64,000 bases of DNA from Planctomycetota bacterium (GCA_040755855.1 JBFMAD010000005.1:160001-224000); one strand, 5' to 3'; positions 16,772-28,659 are shown, counted from the stretch's first letter. Program-made: numbers and translations. Notes: generated from the sequence alone by a model not told the origin.

Positions 16772-17602
16772 ATGGGTCACAAGGTTTGTCCAATTGGACT
16801 CCGAATCGGGATCACCGAAGACTGGCGGTCTCGCTGGTATTGCGATAAGAAAAACTTTGGGAAGCTTCTGGTGGAAGACCAGAAGATAAGGAAGCACATC
16901 AAGGCGAACTATCACTACGCGGGCATCTCGAAGATCGAGATCGAGCGAACCCGGGAAGAAGTGGTGGTGATCCTCTTCACCGCCCGCCCCGGCATCATCA
17001 TTGGGCGCAAAGGCAACGAGGCGGACCGGCTTCAATCGGAGCTGGAGGGCCTGATCGGACGGGCCGTGCGGCTGGAGATCCGAGAGGTCGAGAAACCGGA
17101 GATCGATGCGCAGCTGGTGGCCGAGGGTGTGGCGGAGCAATTGGAGCGCCGCCAGTCGTTCCGGCGCACCATGAAACGCACCGCGGAGACGACGATGGGC
17201 ATGGGGGCGCTGGGCGTCAAAATCCTTGTATCGGGCCGTCTGGGTGGGGCGGAGATGTCGCGGACGGAGAAGTGCATCATGGGCAGCATCCCCCTGCAGA
17301 CGCTCCGAGGCCTGATCGACTATGGTTTCACCGAGGCCCGGACGCAATATGGCCAGATCGGTGTGAAGGTCTGGATTTACAAGGGGAAGATTGAAGAGGG
17401 CATGACGGCGTTTGATTTGAAGCGGCTCGCGGCGGCGGAAGCGGCGTCGGCCCCCGGCGCCGCCCCAACGCCGAGCCCGGAAGGAACTGCACCACAGCCG
17501 GCCGCGCCGGCGAGTCAGAAGACGAAGGAGACGGTGAACAATGCCGTTGATGCCAAAAAGAGTGAAGTACCGCAAGGCCCAGCGAGGCCGAGTCAGAGGT
17601 AA
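16772..17602 (+). CDS. rpsC: 30S ribosomal protein S3 with a long C-terminal extension overlapping rplP
   Basis: [41 protein letters not shown]. Confidence 0.97.
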   Translation: MGHKVCPIGLRIGITEDWRSRWYCDKKNFGKLLVEDQKIRKHIKANYHYAGISKIEIERTREEVVVILFTARPGIIIGRKGNEADRLQSELEGLIGRAVRLEIREVEKPEIDAQLVAEGVAEQLERRQSFRRTMKRTAETTMGMGALGVKILVSGRLGGAEMSRTEKCIMGSIPLQTLRGLIDYGFTEARTQYGQIGVKVWIYKGKIEEGMTAFDLKRLAAAEAASAPGAAPTPSPEGTAPQPAAPASQKTKETVNNAVDAKKSEVPQGPARPSQR

Positions 17603-17960
17603 CGAAACCCGAGGGACCGCGGTCCATTTCGGCGAGTATGGACTTCAAGCCCTGGAGCCCGCGTGGTTAAGCGCGCGGCAGATCGAAGCAGGGCGAGTTG
17701 CCGCGGTCCACTTTATGGGTCGCGAAGGCAAGCTCTGGATCCGAGCGTTTCCCGATAAGCCCGTATCCAGCCGCCCGGCGGAGACGCGAATGGGCAAGGG
17801 AAAAGGTGAAGTGACGTCCTGGGTCATGCCGGTCAAGCCCGGGCGGGTGCTGTTCGAAGTGGGGGGGGTGTCGGAAGAAACCGCCCGCCAGGCGCTCGCA
17901 CGTGTGGCCCATAAGATGCCGATGAAGGTGAGATTCCTGCAGAGGAGACATACAGCGTGA
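17541..17960 (+). CDS. rplP: 50S ribosomal protein L16
   Basis: [30 protein letters not shown] at ~17526. Confidence 0.98.
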   Translation: MPLMPKRVKYRKAQRGRVRGNETRGTAVHFGEYGLQALEPAWLSARQIEAGRVAAVHFMGREGKLWIRAFPDKPVSSRPAETRMGKGKGEVTSWVMPVKPGRVLFEVGGVSEETARQALARVAHKMPMKVRFLQRRHTA

Positions 17961-18181
17961 AAGCGCGCGAACTTCGTGTCATGTCCGTTGAGGAGCTCGA
18001 AGAAGAGCTGAAAAACAGCCGAAAAGAGCTGTACAACTTGCGCCACCAGCAGACGGTGGGCCAAATGGAAAATCCGGCCCAGTTTACCAAAGCCAAACGA
18101 ACCATCGCGCGCATCCTGACGCTGCTGAAAGAGCGTGCGACTGAAACCGCTGCCCCGCAGCCGGCGGAGGGCGTCCGATGA
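17957..18181 (+). CDS. rpmC: 50S ribosomal protein L29
   Basis: GTG start [21 protein letters not shown]. Confidence 0.95.
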   Translation: MKARELRVMSVEELEEELKNSRKELYNLRHQQTVGQMENPAQFTKAKRTIARILTLLKERATETAAPQPAEGVR

Positions 18182-18582
18182 TGGAACGAGGCCGCAGAAG
18201 AAAACTGTTGGGTGTGGTGGTGAGCGACCGGATGGACAAGACGGTGGTGGTGGAGGTGGGGCGCACAGTCCGTCACCCCAAGTACGAAAAGACCATGCGT
18301 CTGCGAAAAAAATATAAGGCCCATGACGAAAAGAGCGAGGCGGCGATGGGCGACTTGATCGAGATCACCGAAGCCCGACCAATGAGCAAGACAAAGTGTT
18401 GGCGGGTGTCGGCCATCGTGCGCAAGGCAGGCGCCCTGATCGAGATCGGCGACGAATTGGCCGAGGAAGAACGTTCGGAACCGCAGCCCCAGCCAGCCCC
18501 TGAGACCGCCCCCGCGGCCGCAGACGAGAGTGTGGATCCTAAAACGGAGGATAGCAGTGATTCAAGTCGAGACCAAACTTGA
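18178..18582 (+). CDS. rpsQ: 30S ribosomal protein S17 with an acidic C-terminal extension
   Basis: [27 protein letters not shown]. Confidence 0.96.
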   Translation: MMERGRRRKLLGVVVSDRMDKTVVVEVGRTVRHPKYEKTMRLRKKYKAHDEKSEAAMGDLIEITEARPMSKTKCWRVSAIVRKAGALIEIGDELAEEERSEPQPQPAPETAPAAADESVDPKTEDSSDSSRDQT

Positions 18583-18925
18583 TGTGGCCGACAATACCGG
18601 CGCAAAAGTGGCCCAATGTATCAACGTCCTCGGCGGGACGCGAAGACGATATGCAACCATCGGCGATATCATTGTCGCCTCCATCAAGAAGGCCCTTCCC
18701 AGCGGAGAGGTCAAAAAGGGAGAGGTGGTTCGCGGAGTGATCGTGCGGACCAAAAAGAACGTGCGGCGGCAGGATGGATCGTACGTCCGGTTCGATCGTA
18801 ATGCGATGGTTATAATTGACAACGACCTAAACCCGCGCGGCACGCGAATCTTCGGGGCGGTGGCTCGGGAGCTGCGCGAAAAGAATTTCATGAAAATTAT
18901 CTCTCTGGCCACCGAAGTGGTGTAG
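18557..18925 (+). CDS. rplN: 50S ribosomal protein L14
   Basis: GTG 18557 after [24 protein letters not shown]. Confidence 0.98.
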   Translation: MIQVETKLDVADNTGAKVAQCINVLGGTRRRYATIGDIIVASIKKALPSGEVKKGEVVRGVIVRTKKNVRRQDGSYVRFDRNAMVIIDNDLNPRGTRIFGAVARELREKNFMKIISLATEVV

Positions 18926-18937
18926 AGGAGTCGTGGG

Positions 18938-19324
18938 ATGCACATCCGAAGAAATGACGTAGTCGTGCTGCGAAAAGCGATCACGAGTTGCAAGGACACC
19001 AGCCGTCGCCCCCTTGGGCAGGAAGCGAAAGGCACCCGGGGGCGGGTGCTAAGGGTGCTGCGGGACAAGAACCAGGTGATCGTCGAGGGGGTAAACTACA
19101 AATACCGGCATGTGCGGCCGACGCAAAAAAATCCACAGGGGGGGCGCATCAGCAAAGAGACGCCGGTGCATTTGTCGAACGTGATGCTCTACTGCGATAA
19201 ATGTCAAAAAGGCGTCGAGGTGCGGATTGAACGGGTGCCGAAAGACGCCGCATCGGGCGCAAAAACCCATAACGTGCTTCGATACTGCCGGGTGTGTGGC
19301 GAGTTGGTCGGAATTCAAGATTAG
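18938..19324 (+). CDS. rplX: 50S ribosomal protein L24 (insertions; two CxxC pairs)
   Basis: VIVEGVN, GGRISKETPVHLSNV; CDKC and CRVC. Confidence 0.93.
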   Translation: MHIRRNDVVVLRKAITSCKDTSRRPLGQEAKGTRGRVLRVLRDKNQVIVEGVNYKYRHVRPTQKNPQGGRISKETPVHLSNVMLYCDKCQKGVEVRIERVPKDAASGAKTHNVLRYCRVCGELVGIQD

Positions 19325-19349
19325 CGAAGAGGCTTGTTGAGACTGAGAC

Positions 19350-19892
19350 ATGGCGCGTTTGCTCGAAAAATACAGAAATGAGATTGTTCCGAAACTTATC
19401 GAACAGTTCGGGTACAAAAACCGAATGGCCGTGCCCAAACTGCGAAAGATCGTGGTGAACATGGGCGTCGGGAAGGCGACCGACGAGCCGAAGCGGCTCG
19501 AAGACGCCTGCAGCGCGATGGCCCAGATCACCGGCCAGAAGCCTGTGGTGACCAAGGCGAAGGAGTCGGTATCGGGCTTCAAGCTCCGCAAAGGGGCGCA
19601 GATCGGATGTAAGGTCACGCTGCGAGGAAGAAGGATGTACGAATTCCTCGATCGCCTGATCAGCGTTGCCATGCCGCGAATTCGGGACTTCCGCGGCCTG
19701 CCGCGCGAGGCATTCGACGGCGGAGGCAACTATTCCCTGGGCATCAGCGAGCAACTCGTCTTTCCCGAGATAGATCCGGATAAGTATGAGAACGGCGGCG
19801 GGTTCCAGGTGACGCTTGTGCTGGAATCGCAATCCACGGAGGAGTCCCAGGCGTTGCTGAGCATGCTCGGCATGCCGTTCCGAAGTTCTTGA
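19350..19892 (+). CDS. rplE: 50S ribosomal protein L5
   Basis: [28 protein letters not shown]. Confidence 0.98.
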   Translation: MARLLEKYRNEIVPKLIEQFGYKNRMAVPKLRKIVVNMGVGKATDEPKRLEDACSAMAQITGQKPVVTKAKESVSGFKLRKGAQIGCKVTLRGRRMYEFLDRLISVAMPRIRDFRGLPREAFDGGGNYSLGISEQLVFPEIDPDKYENGGGFQVTLVLESQSTEESQALLSMLGMPFRSS

Positions 19893-19908
19893 ATACGGAT
19901 GGTGTGAT

Positions 19909-20094
19909 ATGGCCCGAAAGGCGTTGATCGAGAAGTGCAGCCGAGCGCCCAAGTTTAAGACGCGCAAATATAATCGTTGCTCGCTCTGCGGGCGACGACG
20001 CGCCTATTATCGAAAATTCAAAATCTGCCGGATCTGCTTCCGGAACCTCGCCTCCCGGGCCGAGATACCGGGTGTGCGAAAGGCAAGCTGGTAG
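19909..20094 (+). CDS. rpsN: 30S ribosomal protein S14 type Z (zinc-binding, 61 aa)
   Basis: RCSLCGR...ICRICFR...IPGVRKASW. Confidence 0.97.
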   Translation: MARKALIEKCSRAPKFKTRKYNRCSLCGRRRAYYRKFKICRICFRNLASRAEIPGVRKASW

Positions 20095-20133
20095 CAGGTT
20101 CGCGAGCATGGTCCAATTGCGGAGTGTTGACGA

Positions 20134-20532
20134 ATGACGATGACCGACCCGATTGCCGACATGGTGACGCGCATGCGCAATGCGCTTCGGAACAGAACAG
20201 AGTCCGTTGACGTGCCCGCGTCAACGGTGAAACTCAGCATTCTCAAGGTCCTCAAACGAGAGGGATACATTAACGATTTCAAAGTGGTGGATATGGGTCG
20301 CGGGCAGAACGTCCGCATCTACCTGAAATACGGCCCCGACGGGCAAGATGTGATTACCGGCATTGAGCGAGTGAGCAAACCCGGCTGCCGTATCTATAAG
20401 AGCGTCAAGGACTTGCCTCGCGTGCTCGACGGACTTGGGATCGCCGTCGTATCCACCCCCAAAGGGATGCTCAGCGACCGCGAGTGCCGCCAGAGCAAGG
20501 TCGGCGGCGAAGTAGTCTGTACGGTTTGGTGA
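20134..20532 (+). CDS. rpsH: 30S ribosomal protein S8
   Basis: DPIADMVTRMRN, RVSKPG, STPKG, GGEV. Confidence 0.98.
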   Translation: MTMTDPIADMVTRMRNALRNRTESVDVPASTVKLSILKVLKREGYINDFKVVDMGRGQNVRIYLKYGPDGQDVITGIERVSKPGCRIYKSVKDLPRVLDGLGIAVVSTPKGMLSDRECRQSKVGGEVVCTVW

Positions 20533-20550
20533 GAAGGAGCGTTATAGGCG

Positions 20551-21132
20551 ATGTCACGGATCGGAAAACTCCCTGTGCCCGTTCCGAGCGGCGTGAAAGC
20601 GTCGGCCAGCGGCGGCGGGCTTACGATTGAGGGGAGCAAAGGAAAGCTCACCCAGGAACTGCCCCAGGGGATCACCGTAAAGATCGAGGAGCAGGACGTG
20701 CTCGTAGATCAAAAAATGAAACGGATGACCGTCCTCGTCTTCGAGCGGGCGAATGAAACGAGACGGCTGAAGGCCCTCCACGGCACGATCCGCGCTCATG
20801 CCGCCAACATGGTCAAGGGAGTGCTGGACGGATTCGAAAAAAAACTTCAGATCGTTGGCGTGGGCTACAGCGCCAAACTGCAGGGGAGGACGCTCGAACT
20901 GAACGTGGGGTATGCCCATTCGGTCAAGTTCGCGCTGCCCACAGGGATCGAGATAGACATGGCCTCCCCGACGGAATTTACCGTTAAAGGGGCCAACAGG
21001 CAGCTCGTGGGCGAAGTGGCCGCAGAAATTCGGGCCGTCCAGCCGCCTGAGCCCTACAAGGGAAAGGGCATTCGTTACGCGGACGAGATCGTCCGCAGGA
21101 AAGCCGGCAAGGCGTTTGTTGCAACCCAGTAA
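20551..21132 (+). CDS. rplF: 50S ribosomal protein L6
   Basis: MSRIGKLPV, GVGY, PEPYKGKGIRY. Confidence 0.98.
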   Translation: MSRIGKLPVPVPSGVKASASGGGLTIEGSKGKLTQELPQGITVKIEEQDVLVDQKMKRMTVLVFERANETRRLKALHGTIRAHAANMVKGVLDGFEKKLQIVGVGYSAKLQGRTLELNVGYAHSVKFALPTGIEIDMASPTEFTVKGANRQLVGEVAAEIRAVQPPEPYKGKGIRYADEIVRRKAGKAFVATQ

Positions 21133-21144
21133 AAAGAGTCATCA

Positions 21145-21513
21145 ATGGATCGAATAAGGGAAAAAAGAAGACAGCTGAAAAGACGACACCTGCGCGTGCG
21201 GCGAGGGGTTTCGGGCACGGCCGAACGACCGAGGCTGAGCGTGTATCGCAGTTTGACGAACATCTACTGCCAAATTATCAACGACAGGGAGGGGCGAACC
21301 CTCCTCGCACTGTCCACACTCTCCCCGGAGCTGAAAGCCGCTATCAAGAGCGGCGGCAACATGGAAGGCGCAAAGATCCTCGGCAAGGCCCTGGGGGAGA
21401 AAGCGGTGGCCGCAGGCATCAAAAAAGTGGTGTTCGATCGAGGCGGATACAAGTACCATGGCCGCGTGAAGGCCCTGAGCGAAGCGGCCCGCGAGGCCGG
21501 ACTCGAGTTTTAA
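21145..21513 (+). CDS. rplR: 50S ribosomal protein L18
   Basis: [28 protein letters not shown]. Confidence 0.98.
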   Translation: MDRIREKRRQLKRRHLRVRRGVSGTAERPRLSVYRSLTNIYCQIINDREGRTLLALSTLSPELKAAIKSGGNMEGAKILGKALGEKAVAAGIKKVVFDRGGYKYHGRVKALSEAAREAGLEF

Positions 21514-21525
21514 CGGAGCAATGGC

Positions 21526-22029
21526 GTGAGTGCATCGGAAGAAGCAATCCGAGGGGAAGGCGTCCTCGAGGACAAAGTAATTGAAAAAGGCATTAACCGC
21601 TGCGCCACCGTGGTAAAAGGCGGGCGACGGTTCAGCTTCAGCGCCCTGGTGGTTGTCGGAGATCGAAGAGGCACCGTCGGCATTGGGTTTGGCAAGGCCA
21701 ATGAAGTGCCCATGGCCGTCGAAAAGGCCGTAAAAGATGGCAAAAAAAACCTGGAGCGGGTCAGCCTGAAGGGCGACACAATCCCGCACACAATCATGGG
21801 ACGCTATGGTGCCGCAAGGGTGTTGTTGAAACCGGCTTCTCCGGGAACCGGCATCATCGCGGGCGCAGCCGTCCGGGCCGTTGTCGAGCTGGCCGGCGTG
21901 AAAAACATTCTTACAAAGTCCTTCGGGAGCAACAATGCCATCAATCTCGCCAAAGCGACGCTGATTGGACTGAAGCAGCTCCGCATGAAGGATGACGTTG
22001 CCGAAATGAGAGGAGTGACGCTGGAATGA
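21526..22029 (+). CDS. rpsE: 30S ribosomal protein S5
   Basis: [30 protein letters not shown]. Confidence 0.97.
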   Translation: MSASEEAIRGEGVLEDKVIEKGINRCATVVKGGRRFSFSALVVVGDRRGTVGIGFGKANEVPMAVEKAVKDGKKNLERVSLKGDTIPHTIMGRYGAARVLLKPASPGTGIIAGAAVRAVVELAGVKNILTKSFGSNNAINLAKATLIGLKQLRMKDDVAEMRGVTLE

Positions 22030-22469
22030 ATTTAACCGATGTCAAGGCAACGCCGGCGAATAGAAAACGCAAAAAGCGCGTCGGGTGCGGGACCGGGTCC
22101 GGGCACGGAGGGACATCCACGCGCGGACACAAAGGGCAAAAGGCCCGATCAGGTTATTCTCGTCGAGCCCTCTATGAGGGTGGGCAGATGCCGATCTCCC
22201 GGCGCATCCCCAAGCGCGGCTTCAACAACGCAGACTTTACCCGGCAGTACGCAGTCGTGAACGTGGGCGACCTAAATGGCTTCACGGCGGGCAGCACGGT
22301 CAACCCCGATGCGATGGCGGATGCCGGCCTGTTCAAGAAACGACTTGACGGCGTAAAAATTCTCGGCAAGGGCGAGATCAAGGTGGCGTTGACGGTCGCA
22401 GCCAACAGATTCAGCGCGAGTGCAACCCGAAAGATTCAGGAAGCCGGAGGAAATGTCCAGGAGATTTAG
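22026..22469 (+). CDS. rplO: 50S ribosomal protein L15
   Basis: [32 protein letters not shown]. Confidence 0.97.
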   Translation: MNLTDVKATPANRKRKKRVGCGTGSGHGGTSTRGHKGQKARSGYSRRALYEGGQMPISRRIPKRGFNNADFTRQYAVVNVGDLNGFTAGSTVNPDAMADAGLFKKRLDGVKILGKGEIKVALTVAANRFSASATRKIQEAGGNVQEI

Positions 22470-22472
22470 CGC

Positions 22473-23876
22473 TTGAGCACGGTCGAAGACATTTTCCGCA
22501 TTCCGGATCTTCGTCGGAAGCTGATCATCACACTCTTTCTGCTGGGACTGTGCCGGCTTGGGGTCTATGTCTCCGTGCCCGGTGTGGATGTGCCCGGGCT
22601 AATCGCAACGTATGAGAAAGCCGCCCAGGATAGCGTCGCCGGCAGGCTCCTTGGGTTGATGGACTTGTTTGCCGGAGGGGCCTTCGGCCGCTGCGCGGTC
22701 TTCGGACTGGGCGTGATGCCCTACATCAGCGCCTCCATCATATTTCAGTTGCTGACCAGCGTGGTTCCCGCTCTTGAACGCCTGCACCGAGAGGGCGAAG
22801 TTGGCCGGAAAAGGATCCATCAATACACGCGAATGGCCACTGTGGCCCTTTGCCTGGTGCAGGGGGGGATCACTGTAGCCGGTCTGCGCAGCAGCGAGTC
22901 GCTGCGGCCGTTTTTTTTCGACGCCGGAATGGGGTTCATTCTCATGGCGGCCATGTTGATGACCACCGGAACCATGCTGCTCATGTGGATCGGAGAGCAG
23001 ATTGATGAATTCGGGATCGGAAACGGCATCAGCCTGATCATCATGATAGGCATCCTCGACCGGTTGCCGGTGGGAATCTGGCGCTTGGCGAGTCAGGCGA
23101 CGTTCAGCCTCAACCCGGAGGTGGGGGAAGTTGGCCCGGGCAAGATTGTGGTGCTTCTTGCCATGTTCTTCGGGATCGTTCTCGGCGTGGTCTTTATCAC
23201 AGAAGGCCAGCGGAGGATTCCCTTCCAACAGGCCAGCCACACCCGAGGCCGACGGGTTTATGTGGGACAGAAACATTATCTGCCCTTGCGCGTGAATCAG
23301 GCGGGGGTTATCCCGATCATTTTTGCGCAGTCGCTCCTTATGTTCCCAGCGACCATCGCGCACGGTGTCTTGTCGTGGTATCAGGCGAGCGGGGCGACGG
23401 GGGCGCTGGGCTACCGCTTTTGGCTGTTCGTTTCCGAGCAGCTTCAGGGCGGCACCTTCATGTATATCGTGTTCTACATGGTGCTTATCTTTATCTTCTG
23501 CTTCTTCTGGACCGCCGTTCAGTTTAATCCCCAGGAAATGGCCAACAATATGAAGGAACACGGGACGTTCATCCTCGGGATTCGTCCCGGACGGCGAACC
23601 GCCGAATACTTAGAGCGCCTGATGACGCGAATAACGCTCCCCGGAGCCGCTTTCCTGGCCGTAATCGCCATCCTGCCCATGCTGCTGACGAGGGCCATGA
23701 ACGTGGACTGGACGATTACGGGCTTCTACGGCGGGACAAGCCTCCTCATCGTAGTTGGCGTCGCCCTGGATCTGGTGAAAAAGATCGAATCGCACCTTGT
23801 CATGCGCCACTACGACGGTTTCATGCGAAGGTCTCGTGGCGGGGGCGGACACAGGAGAGGGGGGCGAAGCCTGTGA
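22473..23876 (+). CDS. secY: Preprotein translocase subunit SecY
   Basis: LGVMPYISASII, GIGNGISLII, GIRPG, GGTSLLIVVGV; TTG start. Confidence 0.98.
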   Translation: MSTVEDIFRIPDLRRKLIITLFLLGLCRLGVYVSVPGVDVPGLIATYEKAAQDSVAGRLLGLMDLFAGGAFGRCAVFGLGVMPYISASIIFQLLTSVVPALERLHREGEVGRKRIHQYTRMATVALCLVQGGITVAGLRSSESLRPFFFDAGMGFILMAAMLMTTGTMLLMWIGEQIDEFGIGNGISLIIMIGILDRLPVGIWRLASQATFSLNPEVGEVGPGKIVVLLAMFFGIVLGVVFITEGQRRIPFQQASHTRGRRVYVGQKHYLPLRVNQAGVIPIIFAQSLLMFPATIAHGVLSWYQASGATGALGYRFWLFVSEQLQGGTFMYIVFYMVLIFIFCFFWTAVQFNPQEMANNMKEHGTFILGIRPGRRTAEYLERLMTRITLPGAAFLAVIAILPMLLTRAMNVDWTITGFYGGTSLLIVVGVALDLVKKIESHLVMRHYDGFMRRSRGGGGHRRGGRSL

Positions 23877-24523
23877 AAGCGGTATTTCTCGGTCCTCCCG
23901 GAGCAGGAAAAGGAACACAGGCCAAACTTCTGGCGAAGGAACTGGCCGTACCGCATATCTCCACAGGGGATATGCTGCGCGACGCCGTGGCAAAGAAGAC
24001 GAACACAGGGCTTAAAGCGAAAAAATACATGGACGCCGGTCAGTTGGTGCCCGACGCCGTCATCATCGCCGTCGTGATGGAACGGCTCCAGGAGGCGGAC
24101 TGCCGGGGAGGATTCCTGCTGGACGGTTTTCCCCGCAGCATGGAGCAGGCTAAAGCGCTCGACGCGGACAGCCATTCTCCCGATGTGGTGGTGTATTTTG
24201 ACGTGGATGAAGAGACCGTTGTGGAACGCCTATCCAATCGGCGAACGTGCAGGAGTTGCGGGGCGATATACCATCTGAAGTACATGCCTTCAAAGAAAGA
24301 AGGCAAGTGTGATAAATGCGGCGGCGAACTCTTTCAACGCAGCGATGACCAGCCGAAGGCGATCCGGGAGCGCCTTCGGATATATCGTCACGAGACGGCC
24401 GACCTGATCGGGCACTATCGGCAGGTTGGCCTGCTGAATGAAGTCCGGGCCGATGGGGAAGTCGAGGAAATCCATCAGGCTGTGCTCAAGGCCGTGGGGC
24501 GGGCTGGGGAAAGCGATTCCTGA
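23873..24523 (+). CDS. adk: Adenylate kinase (Zn-lid type)
   Basis: GPPGAGKGTQ, LDGFPR, lid CRSC...CDKC. Confidence 0.97.
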   Translation: MKAVFLGPPGAGKGTQAKLLAKELAVPHISTGDMLRDAVAKKTNTGLKAKKYMDAGQLVPDAVIIAVVMERLQEADCRGGFLLDGFPRSMEQAKALDADSHSPDVVVYFDVDEETVVERLSNRRTCRSCGAIYHLKYMPSKKEGKCDKCGGELFQRSDDQPKAIRERLRIYRHETADLIGHYRQVGLLNEVRADGEVEEIHQAVLKAVGRAGESDS

Positions 24524-25293
24524 TGGCTGTACCCAAGCGCCGAAGCGAGATCAAGCGAATGCGCGCTGCGGGACGGATTGTCGCGGAGACCCTCGCTCGG
24601 ATGGCGAAAGACGCTGCTGTAGGAGTAACGACAGGGGAGCTGGATAAAATCGCGGAGGCCCTGATTCGATCTCGGGGCGGGACGCCGGTATTCAAGGGCT
24701 ATTCCCCGACGCCGGCTCACGGGCCTTATCCGGCTTCGATTTGTACGTCAATCAACGAAGAGGTCGTACACGGGATTCCCGGCCCGCGGAGACTTGAGCA
24801 GGGCGATCTCCTGAGCATTGACGTAGGCGTGAGATTGGAGGGATATTGCGCCGACGCGGCGATTACGCTTGAAATCGGACAGGTGTCGCCTGCGGCGGTG
24901 CGATTGAACCGCGTGACCCGCGAAGCGCTGGAACTGGCGATTGCCGCGGTGCGAGCGAACGCGAGAGTGTCCGATGTGTCCCGCGCCATTCAGACGTATG
25001 TCGAGGGCGAGGGGTACTCGGTCGTTCGAGAGTATACGGGGCACGGGATTGGCCGGGATCTCCACGAGAACCCGAGACTTCCGAATTATGTGAGCGCCAT
25101 CGGCGCGGCGCGGGACCCGGTGTTGCGACCTGGGATTACTGTGGCCATCGAACCGATGGTGAATGAAGGGACGTATGCGACGGAGGTCTTGTCGAACCGG
25201 TGGACGGTGGTGACGGCCGACCGCAAGCTCTCGGCACATTGGGAGCACACTGTGGTAGTGACCAATGGGCAGGCAGATATTCTGACGATTTAA
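24523..25293 (+). CDS. map: Methionine aminopeptidase type I
   Basis: [29 protein letters not shown]. Confidence 0.97.
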   Translation: MAVPKRRSEIKRMRAAGRIVAETLARMAKDAAVGVTTGELDKIAEALIRSRGGTPVFKGYSPTPAHGPYPASICTSINEEVVHGIPGPRRLEQGDLLSIDVGVRLEGYCADAAITLEIGQVSPAAVRLNRVTREALELAIAAVRANARVSDVSRAIQTYVEGEGYSVVREYTGHGIGRDLHENPRLPNYVSAIGAARDPVLRPGITVAIEPMVNEGTYATEVLSNRWTVVTADRKLSAHWEHTVVVTNGQADILTI

Positions 25294-25315
25294 AGGAGTG
25301 ACGAGGAAAGCGCTT

Positions 25316-25531
25316 ATGGCGAAGGAAGAGCCGATTCGCGTGGACGCAACCGTGAAGGAATCGCTTCCCAACGCGATGTTCCGGGTGATCCTCGAGAACG
25401 GGCATGAAGTCATGGCGCACGTGTCCGGCAAGATGCGCATGAACTTTATCCGTATTTTGCCGGGGGATAAGGTAACAATTGAAATGTCCCCTTACGATCT
25501 GTCCAAAGGCCGGATCGTGTATCGGGCGTAA
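25316..25531 (+). CDS. infA: Translation initiation factor IF-1
   Basis: [23 protein letters not shown]; start moved to ATG 25316. Confidence 0.97.
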   Translation: MAKEEPIRVDATVKESLPNAMFRVILENGHEVMAHVSGKMRMNFIRILPGDKVTIEMSPYDLSKGRIVYRA

Positions 25532-25547
25532 CGAAAGGGCGACCGCG

Positions 25548-25664
25548 GTGAAAGTGCAAGCATCAGTCAAACGAATCTGTGAGAACTGCAAGATTGTGCG
25601 CAGGCGAGGGGTCGTGCGAGTCATCTGTACAAACCCTCGCCACAAACAGCGTCAGGGAAAGTAG
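25548..25664 (+). CDS. rpmJ: 50S ribosomal protein L36 (zinc-binding form)
   Basis: GTG start [13 protein letters not shown]...[13 protein letters not shown]. Confidence 0.96.
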   Translation: MKVQASVKRICENCKIVRRRGVVRVICTNPRHKQRQGK

Positions 25665-25677
25665 GAGGAGGCGAAAC

Positions 25678-26067
25678 ATGCCGCGTATCCTGGGCGTTGA
25701 TATCCCCAATGACAAACGCATCGTGGTTGCGCTGACCTATATTTATGGCATAGGCCCCGCCAACTCGCGCGAAATTCTAAAGGCCACGGACATAGACGAA
25801 AACGTTCGCGGCCGCGACTTGACCGAGGACGAACTTAGCCGCCTTGGCAGCCATATAGAGAAAAACTACACCATTGAAGGCCAGCTCAGACGGCAGGAGG
25901 CGCAGAACATCAACCGCCTTCGGGAAATCAAATGCTATCGAGGCATGCGCCACCGACTTGGCCTGCCGGTGCGAGGGCAGCGCACAAAGACGAACGCCCG
26001 CACCCGCAAAGGCCCCCGAAAGACCGTGGCGGGCAAGAAGAGCGTCAAAGACATCACTCGCGGATAA
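25678..26067 (+). CDS. rpsM: 30S ribosomal protein S13
   Basis: [40 protein letters not shown]. Confidence 0.98.
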   Translation: MPRILGVDIPNDKRIVVALTYIYGIGPANSREILKATDIDENVRGRDLTEDELSRLGSHIEKNYTIEGQLRRQEAQNINRLREIKCYRGMRHRLGLPVRGQRTKTNARTRKGPRKTVAGKKSVKDITRG

Positions 26068-26085
26068 TCTCGCAGGTAGGAAACA

Positions 26086-26463
26086 ATGGCAAAAACAAAA
26101 CGTCGGTTGCGAAGAAACGTCGTCAAGGCCATCGCACATATCAAGGCCACATTCAACAATACGGTGATCACCATTACCGATATGAACGGCGACTCCCTCT
26201 GCTGGGACACGGCCGGGACGATCGGCTACAAGGGATCCCGCAAGAGCACGCCCTTCGCCGCGCAGAGGGCGGCTGAGAGCGTCGCTGAAAAAGCCAAAAA
26301 ATTCGGCGTGAAGGAAATTGAGATCAAAGTCAAGGGACCCGGGGCGGGCCGGGAGTCGGCCATCACGGCGCTGCAGGGCGCCGGGCTGACGGTAAGAGCC
26401 ATCGAGGATGTCACCCCGCTTCCCCACAACGGCTGTCGGCCGCGCAAGAAACGCAGGGTGTAA
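26086..26463 (+). CDS. rpsK: 30S ribosomal protein S11
   Basis: [28 protein letters not shown]. Confidence 0.98.
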   Translation: MAKTKRRLRRNVVKAIAHIKATFNNTVITITDMNGDSLCWDTAGTIGYKGSRKSTPFAAQRAAESVAEKAKKFGVKEIEIKVKGPGAGRESAITALQGAGLTVRAIEDVTPLPHNGCRPRKKRRV

Positions 26464-26490
26464 GTACGAGGAGGAGAAGAAAGCAAAAAA

Positions 26491-27117
26491 ATGTCCAGAA
26501 TCACCAGTCCGCAGTGCAAGTTATGCCGGCGCGAGGGAATGAAGCTCTACCTGAAGGGCTTCCGGTGCCATACCGTCAAGTGCGCCTTTGAGCGCCGTCC
26601 GCATCCGCCCGGGATACACCACTGGCGTCGGGGAAGCCCATCCGAATATTCGGCTCACCTGCGCGAAAAACAGAAGCTGAAACGGTTCTTCGGGATGAAC
26701 GAGGGGCAATTCCGCAGGATCTTCCGCGCCGCCGAAAAGATGCCGGGCAATACGGGAGCGAACCTCCTCGCCCTGCTCGAACGGCGCCTGGACAACGCCG
26801 CCTATCTCCTCGGCTGGGGATTGTCCCGCCGGGACGCGCGCCAGCTCGTATCCCACGGGCACATTTATGTAAACGGCCGAAAGCTGGATGTTCCATCCTA
26901 CTTGGTGAGGGAAGGAGACGTCATCACGCTGAAGCAATCGGAAAGAAGCAAGAACCGGTTGGCGGTAAACCTGGAGGCCAGCAAGGACGCCGAGGTCCCC
27001 AGTTGGCTGGAGGCCCAGCCGGAACCCCCGCAGGGGCGCGTGCTAAGGCTCCCAACGCCTGATGATGCAAGCTTGTTGGTCGAGGTGCAATTGGTCGTCG
27101 AGCTATGCTCGCGGTAG
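26491..27117 (+). CDS. rpsD: 30S ribosomal protein S4 (zinc-binding N-terminus)
   Basis: CKLCRREG, LREKQK, LERRLDN, ARQLVSHGH. Confidence 0.97.
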   Translation: MSRITSPQCKLCRREGMKLYLKGFRCHTVKCAFERRPHPPGIHHWRRGSPSEYSAHLREKQKLKRFFGMNEGQFRRIFRAAEKMPGNTGANLLALLERRLDNAAYLLGWGLSRRDARQLVSHGHIYVNGRKLDVPSYLVREGDVITLKQSERSKNRLAVNLEASKDAEVPSWLEAQPEPPQGRVLRLPTPDDASLLVEVQLVVELCSR

Positions 27118-27169
27118 CAGCATGCTTGGACACGTCCATAGAAACGTCTGATCTACGGGAGGACGGTAC

Positions 27170-28168
27170 ATGCGCATAAGGTGGCGAGGTTTTGAACTGC
27201 CGACCCGCGTAATCTGTGAGGATGAAACAAAGACCGACACTTATGCGAAATTCGTCGCCGAACCTTTTGAGCGAGGCTTCGGGACTACTGTCGGTAATAG
27301 CCTCCGGAGAGCTCTGCTCTCCTCCATAGAGGGAGCGGCCGCGTTCTCGGTCCACTTCCAGGGCGTCCAGCACGAATTCAGCGCCCTGCCCGGTGTGGTA
27401 GAGGACGTCGCCGAAATAATCCTCAACATCAAAAACCTGGTTGTCAAGATGCACACCGACGGTATAAAAACGGTCAAGATTGACAAACACGAGCCGGGAA
27501 AGGTGACCGGCGCCGACATCCTCTGCGATGCGGATGTCGAAATTGTCAACAAGGACCAGCACATCGCGACGATCACGGAAAAAACCAATCTCGTCGGCGA
27601 AATCCAGGTCAAGAAGGGACGGGGCTACATGGCTGCCGAGGAAAACGAACAGGGCGAGCAGGAAATCGGCGTCATCCCCATTGACTCCCACTTCTCCCCG
27701 GTGACGCGGGTGGAGTACCAAATAGAGGACAGCCGCGTCGGCCAGCGAGTCAACTACGACCGACTGGTCATGCAGGTCTGGACGAACGGCGCCATCTCGC
27801 CCGAGGACGCCATCGTCGAGGCGTCGAAGGTAATCCGGAAACATCTGAACCCGTTTGTACAATACTATGAAATCGGCGAGCAGATGCTTCGCGAAGGAGC
27901 TGCGGCAGGCGGCCGACTGCCCCCCGCCGACCAGGCCGAGCTCACCCGCAAACTCGACATGCCGGTGACAGAGCTGGAACTCTCCGTGCGTGCATCCAAT
28001 TGCCTGCAGGCGGAGAACATCAAGACGATCCGAGAGATTGTGACCCGCACCAAAGACGATATGCTCTCCATCCGAAACTTCGGCAAGACCTCGCTCAGCG
28101 AGATCGAGAGCAAACTCGCAGAATTGGGTCTTTCCCTCGGCATGGACCTCAAGGAGGTGGAGTGCTAA
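27170..28168 (+). CDS. rpoA: RNA polymerase alpha subunit
   Basis: [37 protein letters not shown]. Confidence 0.98.
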   Translation: MRIRWRGFELPTRVICEDETKTDTYAKFVAEPFERGFGTTVGNSLRRALLSSIEGAAAFSVHFQGVQHEFSALPGVVEDVAEIILNIKNLVVKMHTDGIKTVKIDKHEPGKVTGADILCDADVEIVNKDQHIATITEKTNLVGEIQVKKGRGYMAAEENEQGEQEIGVIPIDSHFSPVTRVEYQIEDSRVGQRVNYDRLVMQVWTNGAISPEDAIVEASKVIRKHLNPFVQYYEIGEQMLREGAAAGGRLPPADQAELTRKLDMPVTELELSVRASNCLQAENIKTIREIVTRTKDDMLSIRNFGKTSLSEIESKLAELGLSLGMDLKEVEC

Positions 28169-28659
28169 TGCGCCACAAGAAACAAGGCAGGAAGCTGGGA
28201 AGGACGTCGAGCCACCGAAAGGCCCTGCGGCGAAACCTGGCCATAAGCCTATTCATCCACGAACGAATCCAAACCACGCCGGCGAAGGCCAAGGAAGCCA
28301 GGCGCCTGGCCGAGAAGATGATCACCCTGGCCAAAGACGGTTCACTCCACAGCCGACGGCAGGCCCTTTCATTTTTGCAGGATCGCGATGTGGTTGATAA
28401 ACTCTTCAACGACATCGCGCCTCGATACCAGGATCGGAAGGGAGGATATACCCGCATCCTCCACCTCGATGACAGGCGTCTGGGGGATAACGCCCCAGAG
28501 GTCCTGTTTGAACTGGTCGGTGAAGATGAGGAAATCGGAAAGAAGCCGAAGACCGCTCCAAAAGCGGAAAAGAAAGAGCAGGCCGCGGCCTCGCAGGCCG
28601 ATGAAGCAAAGCAATCCGATGCAACATCGGAGACAACAGAAGAACCCAAAAAAGAATAG
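28168..28659 (+). CDS. rplQ: 50S ribosomal protein L17 with an acidic tail
   Basis: [26 protein letters not shown] overlaps the rpoA stop (TAATG). Confidence 0.97.
   Translation: MRHKKQGRKLGRTSSHRKALRRNLAISLFIHERIQTTPAKAKEARRLAEKMITLAKDGSLHSRRQALSFLQDRDVVDKLFNDIAPRYQDRKGGYTRILHLDDRRLGDNAPEVLFELVGEDEEIGKKPKTAPKAEKKEQAAASQADEAKQSDATSETTEEPKKE

Noticed and set aside
22020..22030. Absence of rpmD (L30) as a stand-alone novelty
   Set aside because: L30 loss is common in many bacterial lineages; noted only within the general ribosome finding.
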